Origin: Candidatus Saccharibacteria bacterium RIFCSPHIGHO2_12_FULL_41_12
Lineage (GTDB): Bacteria; Patescibacteriota; Saccharimonadia; Saccharimonadales; 2-12-FULL-41-12
Direction: 5' to 3'
DNA: 64,000 bases
NCBI GenBank assembly: GCA_001790445.1
Contig: MGCQ01000009.1
Coordinates: 81,491-145,490, forward strand
The translations under genes were made by a program, and so were the position numbers. A model generated the notes under the pieces. The model was not told where the DNA came from and made no database searches. It saw nothing but the letters and a program-made list of their open reading frames with translations. Numbering within the stretch: the first letter of the stretch is position 1; every line of letters begins with the position of its first letter. Below, piece by piece: positions 1 through 8,564 of the stretch.

Positions 1-693
1 AAGTTTTTGGTGAGTATCAAATAATCCTAAGGTTGCTGCATTATATAGTTGTATGGTGCCTGTCTGATCCACTGCTACGACGGAATCCAATACACTGTTG
101 ACAAGTCCTGCCAGACGTCTGTGTTCAAACTGTTCTACTTCCCGGCTTTTCTCCAGGCGTTTTAACCGGTCTTCGGCCAGTCTCCATGCATATATAATCA
201 CTAGGAACAAAAAACCTTCGAAAACTATACTCAATAAAGATTGTACAATTTCTTCGGGGCTAAGCCTTGGGTAGTACAGCACGAGCCACAATACTCCAGA
301 GCAAAGAAACGCAATATATAAATATGCAGCTCGAACGTTAAAGAAAATATAGGCAGCAAAAAAAAGTGATGCCCAAGCTGGATAGATCGTGGCTGTATTT
401 AACCCAAACACAAAAGCGCTGATTAGTGCACCGCCAATGCCAAAGCCTGTGTAGTAGAAAGCTATTTTTCGCAGAGAGAATGGGTTCCACACCACGTGCA
501 AAATACTAATAACTGTAAAAATAAATGCAGATAAATATGCTACTGTCGGGTGGGCCGCATTACCGTTAATCTCATGGTGTGCTATGAATACCAATAATCC
601 CGCCAAAATGATCCCAAAAGTTGCACCAATTAGCCGCAGCGCCATAACCATAGTCGGTTCTAATCGAATCGATTCATCAGAAGACAAAACCAT
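1..693 (-). CDS. Sensor histidine kinase, N-terminal fragment (TM helices plus PAS-like segment); runs off the left window edge
   Basis: Minus-strand reading frame open from the ATG (reverse complement of cat at 691-693) to the window edge. Translation MVLSSDESIRLEPTMVMALRLIGATF...RLAGLVNSVLDSVVAVDQTGTIQLYNAATLGLFDT has several hydrophobic helices followed by a PAS-like motif typical of sensor kinases. Confidence 0.45.
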   Translation of the reverse strand, partial: MVLSSDESIRLEPTMVMALRLIGATFGIILAGLLVFIAHHEINGNAAHPTVAYLSAFIFTVISILHVVWNPFSLRKIAFYYTGFGIGGALISAFVFGLNTATIYPAWASLFFAAYIFFNVRAAYLYIAFLCSGVLWLVLYYPRLSPEEIVQSLLSIVFEGFLFLVIIYAWRLAEDRLKRLEKSREVEQFEHRRLAGLVNSVLDSVVAVDQTGTIQLYNAATLGLFDTHQKL

Positions 694-961
694 TTTATTT
701 ACTATCCTTAATCACTAAACACAAAACTGAACTTTGATTTGTCCGATTGCCTAGATCAATACACGCGTCTAGTCTTAGCATAGTCTAACGGTTCCCGGCC
801 ATTGTTGCCCACTCATCGATTTATTATATAGCAACAAGCCCAGCAAACGCTAGTTACCAGCTTGTTGAGAGGGTTTAAAGAGAATGAAAAGAGGTCATAA
901 ATTAGCAAAAAACGAGCTATCTGATAGAATTTTTGTCTTGACTGCAGTAGAATAATGACCA

Positions 962-1807
962 ATGACTGCAGTACTTGCATATATATTTTTCTTTGTGGCG
1001 GCCACTGTGTCGCCATTGCAGAGAAGGCATCAGTCCCGTCGGACAAAGACTGATCCTATAGTTCTGGCCGCTTGGACACAGGCGTTTGTTTGGGTCCTGG
1101 GGCTTAGTCTTCTTTACAAAGCAGATATTTCATTTAGCTGGAGTTGGCATTTAATTTTTTTAAACGCTGGTTTGTTTATTTGTGGTCCATTATTTTTTTA
1201 TCTTTCGTATAATTCACAAAAACACGTTGATGCTACTCAATCAGTGGTCCTCAGTAACATTTATACTCCGGTTGCAATAATTCTTGCTATTTTGTTTTTG
1301 AGTGAGACTTTGACCCTGCAACAGATCATGGGCGCAATAATATTATTTATCGCTATGTTAATCATCTCGATTGAAAGGGCTACTAGTCAATCGTTTCGAT
1401 TCAGCAAATATTCCATATATATGCTGTCATCTGGTGTGTTCTTGGGTATTATTTTATTTCTAGAAAAGGCAACAATGAATTTAATAGGCAACAGAGTAGG
1501 CATAGTAGTTAGTTGGACAGCTCAGACAATAGGCTTGCTGATCCTAGCCTATGCGCTTAGAGGTATCCACAAATTGCCTACAAAACGTGAGATTTTCACA
1601 AGTGGGGCACTGCGTTACGCGCAACAATTATCATACGTTACTTTACTAATCGTGGTTGGTAACTTGGCTTTGGTGGCTGCAGTTACGACTTTTAAGATTG
1701 TTTTTATATTTTTGGGTGCATTTGTTTTCCTGCACGAAAAGGAACATTTATATCGCAAATTTTTTGGAGTAGTGATAGCCATCGTTGGTTTGCTGTTAAT
1801 GAAATAA
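962..1807 (+). CDS. EamA/DMT-family transporter (about 10 TM helices)
   Basis: 281 aa, highly hydrophobic, duplicated 5-TM architecture. Family assignment is by pattern only. Confidence 0.45.
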   Translation: MTAVLAYIFFFVAATVSPLQRRHQSRRTKTDPIVLAAWTQAFVWVLGLSLLYKADISFSWSWHLIFLNAGLFICGPLFFYLSYNSQKHVDATQSVVLSNIYTPVAIILAILFLSETLTLQQIMGAIILFIAMLIISIERATSQSFRFSKYSIYMLSSGVFLGIILFLEKATMNLIGNRVGIVVSWTAQTIGLLILAYALRGIHKLPTKREIFTSGALRYAQQLSYVTLLIVVGNLALVAAVTTFKIVFIFLGAFVFLHEKEHLYRKFFGVVIAIVGLLLMK

Positions 1808-1889
1808 ATATTTAACCACATTTTTCTCACGATCGTGAAGATTTTGAGGCTAAATGTTTTTCATGATTTGGCTAGTGTATAATTAATCT

Positions 1890-2588
1890 ATGGAAGAAGT
1901 TTTGCTCCGAAAGCTGTCTAGCTACAAAGTGCCCCAATTTGCAGTCGATCTAATTCGTAGTACAAAAATAGTTTTTCTGGTTGGTGTAGCAGGGGCTGGC
2001 AAAGACACAGTTATAAATCATTTGCTTAAAAACGCCGAGTACCACCACGTTGTCTCTCACACGACTCGTTCGCCTCGGCGCAATCACGGTGTGATGGAGC
2101 AAGAAGGTACTGATAGATATTTTGTTGATCCAAAAACCATTGAGCGCATGCTTGACAACCAAGAATTCGTAGAGGCAAAATTAGCCCATGGCAATATCTA
2201 TGGTACAAGTGTAGCAGAGATCAAAAAAGCCCATGACCAGAACAAAATTGCGCTGAGCGAGATAGAAGTCCAGGGTGTGGCAGAATATAGAGCAGTTGAT
2301 GACAATGTGGTCCCTATATTTCTGTTGCCACCAGATTTTGAGACTTGGCAAAAACGCCTAGCTGGTAGATACGAGGGGCAGGCAAACCCAGATGATATAA
2401 AAGAGCGGATGAAAACAGCAAAGGTTGAGCTTCAAGAAGCTCTGGAAAAACCATATTTTGAATATGTAGTAAATGCAGACATAGAAACTACTATAGAAAT
2501 AGTTGATAAAATTGCTCATGGCAAGCATTCAACCAAAAAGAACGAACAAGCCAAAGAAATCGCTCGCCAACTTCTACGAAAGCTATAG
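1890..2588 (+). CDS. gmk: Guanylate kinase
   Basis: P-loop GVAGAGKDT and motif TTRSPRRNHGVMEQEGTDRYFV match the guanylate kinase signature T-T-R-x-x-R-x-x-E-x-x-G-x-x-Y-x-F. Confidence 0.7.
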   Translation: MEEVLLRKLSSYKVPQFAVDLIRSTKIVFLVGVAGAGKDTVINHLLKNAEYHHVVSHTTRSPRRNHGVMEQEGTDRYFVDPKTIERMLDNQEFVEAKLAHGNIYGTSVAEIKKAHDQNKIALSEIEVQGVAEYRAVDDNVVPIFLLPPDFETWQKRLAGRYEGQANPDDIKERMKTAKVELQEALEKPYFEYVVNADIETTIEIVDKIAHGKHSTKKNEQAKEIARQLLRKL

Positions 2589-2697
2589 ATCTTCCTTATA
2601 GAACTTCAACATAAAGTTTACATATTGACAAATTATATTGCTTATGCTATGCTTTAAATCTAGCAACAAAACAAATAATAGAAAGTAGATAAATATA

Positions 2698-2931
2698 ATG
2701 ATCAAATCATTGGTGCGACCTGCGGGAGTAGGTAATGACGAGCAAATAACCTTTGAGGATGACAAAAAGATTCTGGCGACTTCATCTGAAAAACCCTCAA
2801 TTGTGGATGTACTAGCAGACTTAGAAGACGAATCAAAATATTATTTAAAAGCCATGTTTGGTAAAGATTATCACAGGGAAGCGGGCGTGGAATATGTCCA
2901 AACAGAGAACGGCTCATTTTACCTCGACTAG
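2698..2931 (+). CDS. Small hypothetical protein (77 aa)
   Basis: ORF preceded by TTGACA-N17-TATGCT at 2626-2654. No recognisable motif. Confidence 0.3.
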   Translation: MIKSLVRPAGVGNDEQITFEDDKKILATSSEKPSIVDVLADLEDESKYYLKAMFGKDYHREAGVEYVQTENGSFYLD

Positions 2932-2964
2932 CACTCTTGCATGTTAAGTGCCAGGATTGTATAA
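2929..2964 (+). promoter_or_regulatory. hrcA promoter with CIRCE-like imperfect inverted repeat (TAGCACTC-N9-AAGTGCCA) overlapping -35 TTGCAT and -10 TATAAT
   Basis: tagcactcTTGCATgttaagtgcca at 2929-2953. -35 is at 2937-2942, -10 at 2959-2964 with a 16-nt spacer. The inverted-repeat halves match 6 of 8; compare the dnaK copy at 5116-5140. Confidence 0.5.
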
Positions 2965-2974
2965 TCTATCTATA

Positions 2975-3679
2975 ATGATGAGTCCTCGGCAAGAACAAAT
3001 TTTGAAATCAATTATAGAACAATACGCAGAGGTAGCCAGTCCAGTTGGCTCGAGTTTACTTGCTAAAGTTTTTGGGGTGAGTAGTGCAACAATTCGTGCA
3101 GAAATGGCAGATCTTGAGCGCCGTGGGTTGATCACCCAACCACATACCAGTGCTGGACGTATCCCGACAGACAAAGGATACAGATATTACGTCAACACAC
3201 TCAGCGAAGAAACAAACCCAGTAGATAAAAGGACAGAAAGGGCGCTTTCTGCCAGAGTGAGCGACACCAACGCCCCTGAGCGGACTATTCGTAGTGCTGT
3301 AGATACACTTGTAGAGATGACCCATAATCTAGGCCTGGCAACTATTGGCAACCAGCTGTATATGTCAGGACTAACTAATCTTTTTGCTCAACCAGAATTT
3401 TCTAGTGGCGTACATGTTCGAGAAGTCGCTAGTTTATTGGACAATCTAGAACCGTGGTTGCATGAAGCCAAGCCAAATGAACCTCTTAGCGTTTTTATAG
3501 GTCAAGAAAATCCGATTGGTCGCAACAGTGGCTGTAGTTTGATTATCAGCAAATTCAGAAGTCCGTATAGTGATAGCAGTTACATTGGAGTCCTCGGCCC
3601 AACTCGGCAAAGCTACAAAGGCGTTATGAACTTGGTCAAAAGAACAGGCGAATCCCTAGAGGAAGCCATCTATGAGTAA
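2975..3679 (+). CDS. hrcA: Heat-inducible transcription repressor HrcA
   Basis: N-terminal winged helix ...SSATIRAEMADLERRGLITQPHTSAGRIPTDKGYRYYVN is a close match to the HrcA signature. The ORF track begins at a GTG at 2948; the ATG at 2975/2978 is preferred given the promoter position. Confidence 0.85.
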   Translation: MMSPRQEQILKSIIEQYAEVASPVGSSLLAKVFGVSSATIRAEMADLERRGLITQPHTSAGRIPTDKGYRYYVNTLSEETNPVDKRTERALSARVSDTNAPERTIRSAVDTLVEMTHNLGLATIGNQLYMSGLTNLFAQPEFSSGVHVREVASLLDNLEPWLHEAKPNEPLSVFIGQENPIGRNSGCSLIISKFRSPYSDSSYIGVLGPTRQSYKGVMNLVKRTGESLEEAIYE

Positions 3680-3698
3680 AAAATTGAGAATATACTAA

Positions 3699-4028
3699 AT
3701 GGATAAACTCAGTATTTCTGCACACGAAAGGAATGATCAGAAGAGACGAGAGGATGTTTTTGAGCGTTTGCCTCAATATACGCCATTGGTGGATCTATGG
3801 GCCAACTACCTAGAGTTTTGGGATAGAACTGGTGGCTTCGATAACGCACCCCAAGAAGAAATTGATCAAGCGAGAGAATTAATCAGAGATAAAGCAGAAG
3901 ACATAATAAGAGAAACTTCTCCAAGCGATCTTGGTATAGTTGATGCACATGTTAATTTAGCACTGCATACTGCAATTGGCATAAGAAAAGAAGCTGTAAT
4001 GGCAAATCCAGAGGATATAAATGAGTAA
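3699..4028 (+). CDS. Hypothetical protein (109 aa) embedded between hrcA and grpE
   Basis: ORF overlaps the grpE start by 8 nt. No known motif. Confidence 0.45.
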   Translation: MDKLSISAHERNDQKRREDVFERLPQYTPLVDLWANYLEFWDRTGGFDNAPQEEIDQARELIRDKAEDIIRETSPSDLGIVDAHVNLALHTAIGIRKEAVMANPEDINE

Positions 4029-4494
4029 GAAAGCAAAATCCGAAGATAGGCAAATAGCAGAAGAATTAGCAAAAGAAGTCGCCCAGCTTACAGAAGCTTT
4101 GCAGAGAGAGCGTGCAGATGCCATGAATATTCGCAGACGGCATGAGGAACAAATTACCAGCCTGAGAACTAGCGTCAAATCCAGTGTAGTGAGGGAGCTG
4201 TTGCCAGCCATTGATAATCTAGAGAGGGCACTCAAACATGTGCCAAAAGATATAGCCAAACACGATTACGTCAAAGGAGTCAGCGGAGTAGTCAAGCAAT
4301 TTGAGAAGGTTTTGGCAGATATTGGTGTAGAGCGGATTAAAACTGTCGGTGAACATTTTGACCCGGAGTTTCATGAGGCAGTAGCAATGGATGGGGGGGA
4401 TGGTCACCACGAAATTATCAGCGAAGAATTACAACCAGGCTACATGCTTGGTGGGGAGGTCATCCGCCACGCCATGGTAAAGGTTAAAAAATAG
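4021..4494 (+). CDS. grpE: Nucleotide exchange factor GrpE
   Basis: LLPAIDNLERALKH...GVVKQFEKVLADIGVERI...GYMLGGEVIRHAMVKV matches the GrpE C-terminal domain. Confidence 0.85.
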   Translation: MSKKAKSEDRQIAEELAKEVAQLTEALQRERADAMNIRRRHEEQITSLRTSVKSSVVRELLPAIDNLERALKHVPKDIAKHDYVKGVSGVVKQFEKVLADIGVERIKTVGEHFDPEFHEAVAMDGGDGHHEIISEELQPGYMLGGEVIRHAMVKVKK

Positions 4495-4757
4495 TGGCAG
4501 AAATTTTGCATGCTCTTAGCTCAAACGGGTCGTGGGCCTATCAACCAATGAGAGAGCTTGGTTCAGAGAGTCAGCGCGAAGTGCGTGAACTAGTTGGCAG
4601 CCATTTGATCGCAACAATAGACGACGGTAAAGAAGTGAAGCCTGGGGCATTTTTGGTGGAACTTGAGAGCGGGAAACAGGTTGCATTTGAATATAATGTA
4701 GCGATTCCTAGAGAAAAGATCAAAGCAGGTACAGAAGTAAAGTCTTTGACTGATTAG
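4494..4757 (+). CDS. Hypothetical protein (87 aa), GTG start overlapping the grpE stop (taGTG)
   Basis: Translationally coupled ORF. No motif recognised. Confidence 0.4.
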   Translation: MAEILHALSSNGSWAYQPMRELGSESQREVRELVGSHLIATIDDGKEVKPGAFLVELESGKQVAFEYNVAIPREKIKAGTEVKSLTD

Positions 4758-5115
4758 CACCCTTGACTCATGCCAAGAATACTAACAGATCTGCCTGCTA
4801 GCACCAGATTCATAGCGAATAATACTGACTAATTTTCTTTGATTCAGCGTACTGTACCTACGGGTACAGCCTGCTCAGATTCTCAAAAATTAGCGTATTC
4901 TTCATCATGACTCAGGCACTAACAAACAAATCCGTTAGCACTCTTGACGGGGTATCAAGGGCGCCAGGCAGATCATTGCTAAACTAGTCTATATCATCAT
5001 ATCTCGACGCTTTTCTCTCCAGTCCAGCAAGTAGTAGCTACGGCTACAACTTGCTCAGGGCTTCAAGAAAATCACCAAGCTATAATAATCTAGACAAATT
5101 TATCAATAAAATGAC

Positions 5116-5152
5116 TGGCACTCTTGACACCCGAGTGCCAATTTATTATACT
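5116..5152 (+). promoter_or_regulatory. dnaK promoter with perfect CIRCE-variant operator TGGCACTC-N9-GAGTGCCA; -35 TTGACA lies inside the operator and -10 TATACT follows
   Basis: tggcactcTTGACAcccgagtgcca at 5116-5140. -35 is at 5124-5129, -10 TATACT at 5147-5152 with a 17-nt spacer. Canonical CIRCE is TTAGCACTC-N9-GAGTGCTAA. Confidence 0.6.
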
Positions 5153-5388
5153 GGCAGTATAAGCATGAGAGTGCTAGAATATTAGAAGATAATTAACAAT
5201 TTGTTAGCTACATTTGCTTGCGTTTGATGATAATACAAGGAAGAAACGAGTAGCTCCAACGAAACGTATAGATAATACGTAGAGTGAGCAACGCAGTTTC
5301 TGAAGAAGTATTATTGTTAAAAACAAATTGCAGAGTTTTGGCTCTGCCAAAAGCAGGCAATATGTGGCGCAAGTAAATGGAGGAACAA

Positions 5389-7329
5389 ATGGGAAAGATA
5401 ATAGGAATTGACTTAGGAACAACCAACAGCGCCATGGCTGTCATGCAGTCTGGCAAGCCTGAGATTATTGCTAACAGCGAGGGTAATCGGACTACACCGA
5501 GTGTTGTGGCTATCAACAAAAACGGCGAGAGACTTGTCGGACAGGTGGCAAATCGTCAACGCGTAACTAACGCAACCAACACGATCTTTGGCGTCAAGAG
5601 ACTTATTGGTCGCAAGTTCAGCGATAAAGAAGTCCAAAAAGACATCAAATTGATGCCATTTAAGATTGAAAAGAAAGGTACTGGTGTCCAGGTAGAAATG
5701 TCTGGTAAGGGCTACAGCCCAGAAGAAGTCAGTGCTATGATCCTGAGCAAGCTAAAGGCCGACGCAGAGGCGTTTCTTGGTGAGCCAGTAACAGAGGCGG
5801 TTATTACCGTTCCTGCATACTTTGATGACTCACAAAGACAAGCAACCAAAGACGCGGGTAAAATCGCCGGACTAGAAGTCAAAAGAATCATCAACGAGCC
5901 AACCGCAGCTGCTCTAGCTTACGGATTAGACAAAGGCAAGGAAGAAAAGATCGCTGTGTTCGACCTTGGTGGCGGAACATTCGACGTATCAATCTTGCAA
6001 CTTGGTGACGGCGTATTTGAAGTGCTAAGCACCAACGGCGATACACACCTTGGCGGTGAAGACTTTGACCTGAGAATAGTCAACCACTTTGTGGACGAGT
6101 TCAAAAAAGAGTCAGGCATAGATGTAAAAGACGATAAAGCAGCCATGCAACGGCTCAAAGAAGAGGCAGAAAAGGCGAAGAAAGAGCTATCCAGCACCGA
6201 AGTTGCAGATATTAACTTGCCATTTTTGACAGCCAATGCAGATGGTCCAAAGCACTTTGAGTACAAACTAACCAGGGCAAAATTGATTGATCTTGTGGGC
6301 GAGCTGATCGAAAAAACTGCTACCCCATGCGAAAAGGCGCTTAAAGACGCCAAGTTAAAAGCCAGCGACATTAATGAAGTGATTTTGGTCGGTGGTATGA
6401 CCCGTATGCCAGCCGTGATTGAAAAGGTCAAAAAAATCTTTGGGAAAGATCCAAAACAAGGTGTAAATCCAGACGAGGTCGTAGCTGTTGGTGCAGCTAT
6501 CCAAGGTGGCGTACTTGCTGGCGATGTCAAAGACGTGTTGCTACTGGACGTGACCCCGCTAAGTCTTGGTATTGAGACACTTGGTGGTGTTGCAACCAAA
6601 CTGATAGAGAGAAACACAACTATCCCAACTAGCAAAAGCGAGGTATTTTCTACCGCTGCTGACAACCAGCCCCAGGTAGAGATCCACGTTGTTCAGGGAG
6701 AGCGTGGTATGGTCGCCGACAACAAATCCTTGGGGCGATTCGTGCTCGATGGAATCCCGCCAGCACCACGTGGTGTGCCACAAATCGAGGTGGTATTTAA
6801 CCTAGATGCCAATGGAATTCTCAACGTATCTGCCAAGGACAAAGGGTCAGGCAAAGAACAGAGTATTACCATTCAAAACAGTGGTAATTTGTCCAAAGAA
6901 GATGTTGAGAAAGCCGCCAAAGAGGCAGAAACTCACGCAGATGAGGACAAAGCAAAACGCGAAGTTATAGAGATTCGCAATACTCTAGAAAATGCAGTCT
7001 ACCAAGCAGAAAAATTGAAAAATGATAATAAAGACAAGATTTCTGAGGAAGACGTCAAAGTAATTGACGAGGCAGTAGAAAATGCCAAAAAGGTCCAGTC
7101 TGATGAAAAAGCAGACAAAGAAGCACTGGAAACAGCAGCCAAAGAACTAAGCGAAAAAATCATGCCAATCGGTGCCAAGATGTATGAGTCTGCTAAAGAA
7201 AGCGATGTAGATAACCCTTCGACAGGCTCAGGGTCCTCGGATAAATCCTCGGGGGACGAACCAATAGAAGGCGAAGTAGTAGAAGACGACTCTTCGACTA
7301 GCTCAGAGCAAGACAAAAAGGAAAAGTAA
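5389..7329 (+). CDS. dnaK: Chaperone DnaK (Hsp70)
   Basis: [18 protein letters not shown]..., [10 protein letters not shown] and the C-terminal acidic tail. The ORF track starts at 5377; the ATG at 5389 has a GGAGG 5-9 nt upstream. Confidence 0.95.
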   Translation: MGKIIGIDLGTTNSAMAVMQSGKPEIIANSEGNRTTPSVVAINKNGERLVGQVANRQRVTNATNTIFGVKRLIGRKFSDKEVQKDIKLMPFKIEKKGTGVQVEMSGKGYSPEEVSAMILSKLKADAEAFLGEPVTEAVITVPAYFDDSQRQATKDAGKIAGLEVKRIINEPTAAALAYGLDKGKEEKIAVFDLGGGTFDVSILQLGDGVFEVLSTNGDTHLGGEDFDLRIVNHFVDEFKKESGIDVKDDKAAMQRLKEEAEKAKKELSSTEVADINLPFLTANADGPKHFEYKLTRAKLIDLVGELIEKTATPCEKALKDAKLKASDINEVILVGGMTRMPAVIEKVKKIFGKDPKQGVNPDEVVAVGAAIQGGVLAGDVKDVLLLDVTPLSLGIETLGGVATKLIERNTTIPTSKSEVFSTAADNQPQVEIHVVQGERGMVADNKSLGRFVLDGIPPAPRGVPQIEVVFNLDANGILNVSAKDKGSGKEQSITIQNSGNLSKEDVEKAAKEAETHADEDKAKREVIEIRNTLENAVYQAEKLKNDNKDKISEEDVKVIDEAVENAKKVQSDEKADKEALETAAKELSEKIMPIGAKMYESAKESDVDNPSTGSGSSDKSSGDEPIEGEVVEDDSSTSSEQDKKEK

Positions 7330-7333
7330 GAAA

Positions 7334-7741
7334 ATGTACAAGCCTTACCTTGTACCTATATCAGTAAAGTGCATTGTCTTTGAAGACAACAGAGTATGGC
7401 TTCGCAGGAATGAAAGAAATGAGTGGGAGTTACCAGGAGGTAAGCTTGACGAGGGTGAACAGCCGAAAGAAACTGCTCAAAGAGAAGCACTGGAAGAAAT
7501 TGGAGTCGAAGTTGCTACGAAAAACATCATAGGAGCGAAACTTTATACAATTAGTAAATCAAGTGACGAGGATAGGGGTGTTTTTGTCATGGCTTACCAC
7601 TGTAAATTTATTAGGCGTGTTGGTGAAGTTGAGCATATTGGTGAGGCAGGACCTGCAGAGTTTCAGGCATTTAGCATTGATGAAATTGACGAGCTAAACA
7701 TGCCAGACTTCTATAAAGAATGGATTATAAATGCGAGGTGA
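7334..7741 (+). CDS. NUDIX hydrolase
   Basis: Nudix box GGKLDEGEQPKETAQREALEEIGVEV. Starts 5 nt after the dnaK stop. Confidence 0.8.
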   Translation: MYKPYLVPISVKCIVFEDNRVWLRRNERNEWELPGGKLDEGEQPKETAQREALEEIGVEVATKNIIGAKLYTISKSSDEDRGVFVMAYHCKFIRRVGEVEHIGEAGPAEFQAFSIDEIDELNMPDFYKEWIINAR

Positions 7742-8048
7742 ATATTGCCAATTATGGCTAACATGTACTGATCAGAAAGAGGCGGATAAGATAGCTAAGG
7801 CACTTTTGGAAAAGCGGTTGATTGCTTGTGCTAAGCAAGTTGCTATAACTTCCGATTTTATTTGGGAGGGCAAGATTGAGCGGAATAACGAAATCTTACT
7901 AATTATGGAATCTAGAGAAGATTTGTTTGACGAGATCGAAGCAGAAGTTGCTAAACTTCACAGCTACGATAGCTTTGTTCTAACCGCCACACCAATAACA
8001 AAAGTTTCCAAAAAAGCCCAAAAATGGCTGGATAAAGAATTAAATTAA
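7731..8048 (+). CDS. cutA: Divalent-cation tolerance protein CutA-like
   Basis: About 105 aa, with the CutA1 pattern ...LIACAKQ...ITS.F.W.GKIE...E..L..ES...LFDEIE..V..LHSYD. Overlaps the NUDIX stop by 11 nt. Confidence 0.65.
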   Translation: MRGEYCQLWLTCTDQKEADKIAKALLEKRLIACAKQVAITSDFIWEGKIERNNEILLIMESREDLFDEIEAEVAKLHSYDSFVLTATPITKVSKKAQKWLDKELN

Positions 8049-8075
8049 ATATTAAAACGAGGGTATAATAAACAG

Positions 8076-8372
8076 ATGGCAGATCATATTCTACATACGA
8101 GAATTTCAAGAAAAGACAGAAAACTAGTCGATAAAGTGATGATGTTCGCTTGTGTAGTAGCGCCACTGTTTGTGTTGCCCCAACTTTTTCAAATCTTTAG
8201 CAACCATGATGCGACGAATGTATCGATCACCACCTGGGTTAGCTTTGCGCTTTTTGCCTTTATCTATCTTCTTTATGGGATCGTGCACAGACTTAAGCCA
8301 CTGATTATCACAAATATATTGTGGCTTATTGTCGAGTTAGCAGCAGTAGCCGGAATATTGATTTATGGATAG
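8076..8372 (+). CDS. PQ-loop / SemiSWEET-like small membrane protein (3 TM)
   Basis: 98 aa with three helices and a PQ motif in TM1 (APLFVLPQLFQIF). Confidence 0.45.
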   Translation: MADHILHTRISRKDRKLVDKVMMFACVVAPLFVLPQLFQIFSNHDATNVSITTWVSFALFAFIYLLYGIVHRLKPLIITNILWLIVELAAVAGILIYG

Positions 8373-8408
8373 CAACGAGCGTGAGGCAACCATGACAAAA
8401 ACCATAAA

Positions 8409-8472
8409 TTTTGCTAATATAATACACACAGCACCTCGTCTTGAATCTTTAGATTCATTGCGAGGCTTTTTA
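8409..8472 (+). promoter_or_regulatory. Module 1: -35 aTGACA / -10 TAATAT promoter, then GC hairpin (cctcg...cgagg) and U-tract, acting as terminator or very short transcript
   Basis: ttttgctaatat at 8409-8420; hairpin 8434-8465; cttttta at 8466-8472. Confidence 0.4.
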
Positions 8473-8550
8473 TTGACAAAAGGCAATATTTTTGCTAATA
8501 TTTATGTACAGCACCCCGTGTTGGCGAGAGCCTCAGCGGGGCTTTTTATT
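8472..8550 (+). promoter_or_regulatory. Module 2, tandem copy: -35 TTGACA / -10 TAATAT, hairpin (ccccg...cgggg) and U-tract immediately upstream of the NYN gene RBS
   Basis: TTGACA at 8473-8478; ttttgctaatat at 8490-8501; hairpin 8514-8541; ctttttatt at 8542-8550; then GGAG and ATG at 8565. Stems differ between the two copies by compensatory changes. Confidence 0.4.
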
Positions 8551-8564
8551 GAGGAGTATAAGCT

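Noticed and set aside
813-1046. 77-aa minus-strand ORF between the kinase fragment and the transporter
   Set aside because: Overlaps the probable promoter and start of the plus-strand transporter gene; no RBS; low-complexity.
2931-2975. hrcA start at the GTG at 2948 as given by the ORF track
   Set aside because: This would place the start codon inside the CIRCE/-35/-10 promoter elements. ATG 2975/2978, downstream of the -10, fits better (a possible short-leader or leaderless mRNA).
5919-6665. 248-aa minus-strand ORF (Ser/Thr/Ala-rich) and other antisense ORFs inside dnaK (5204-5637, 6559-6783, 6999-7316)
   Set aside because: Antisense to a highly conserved dnaK reading frame; low-complexity translation; typical shadow ORFs.
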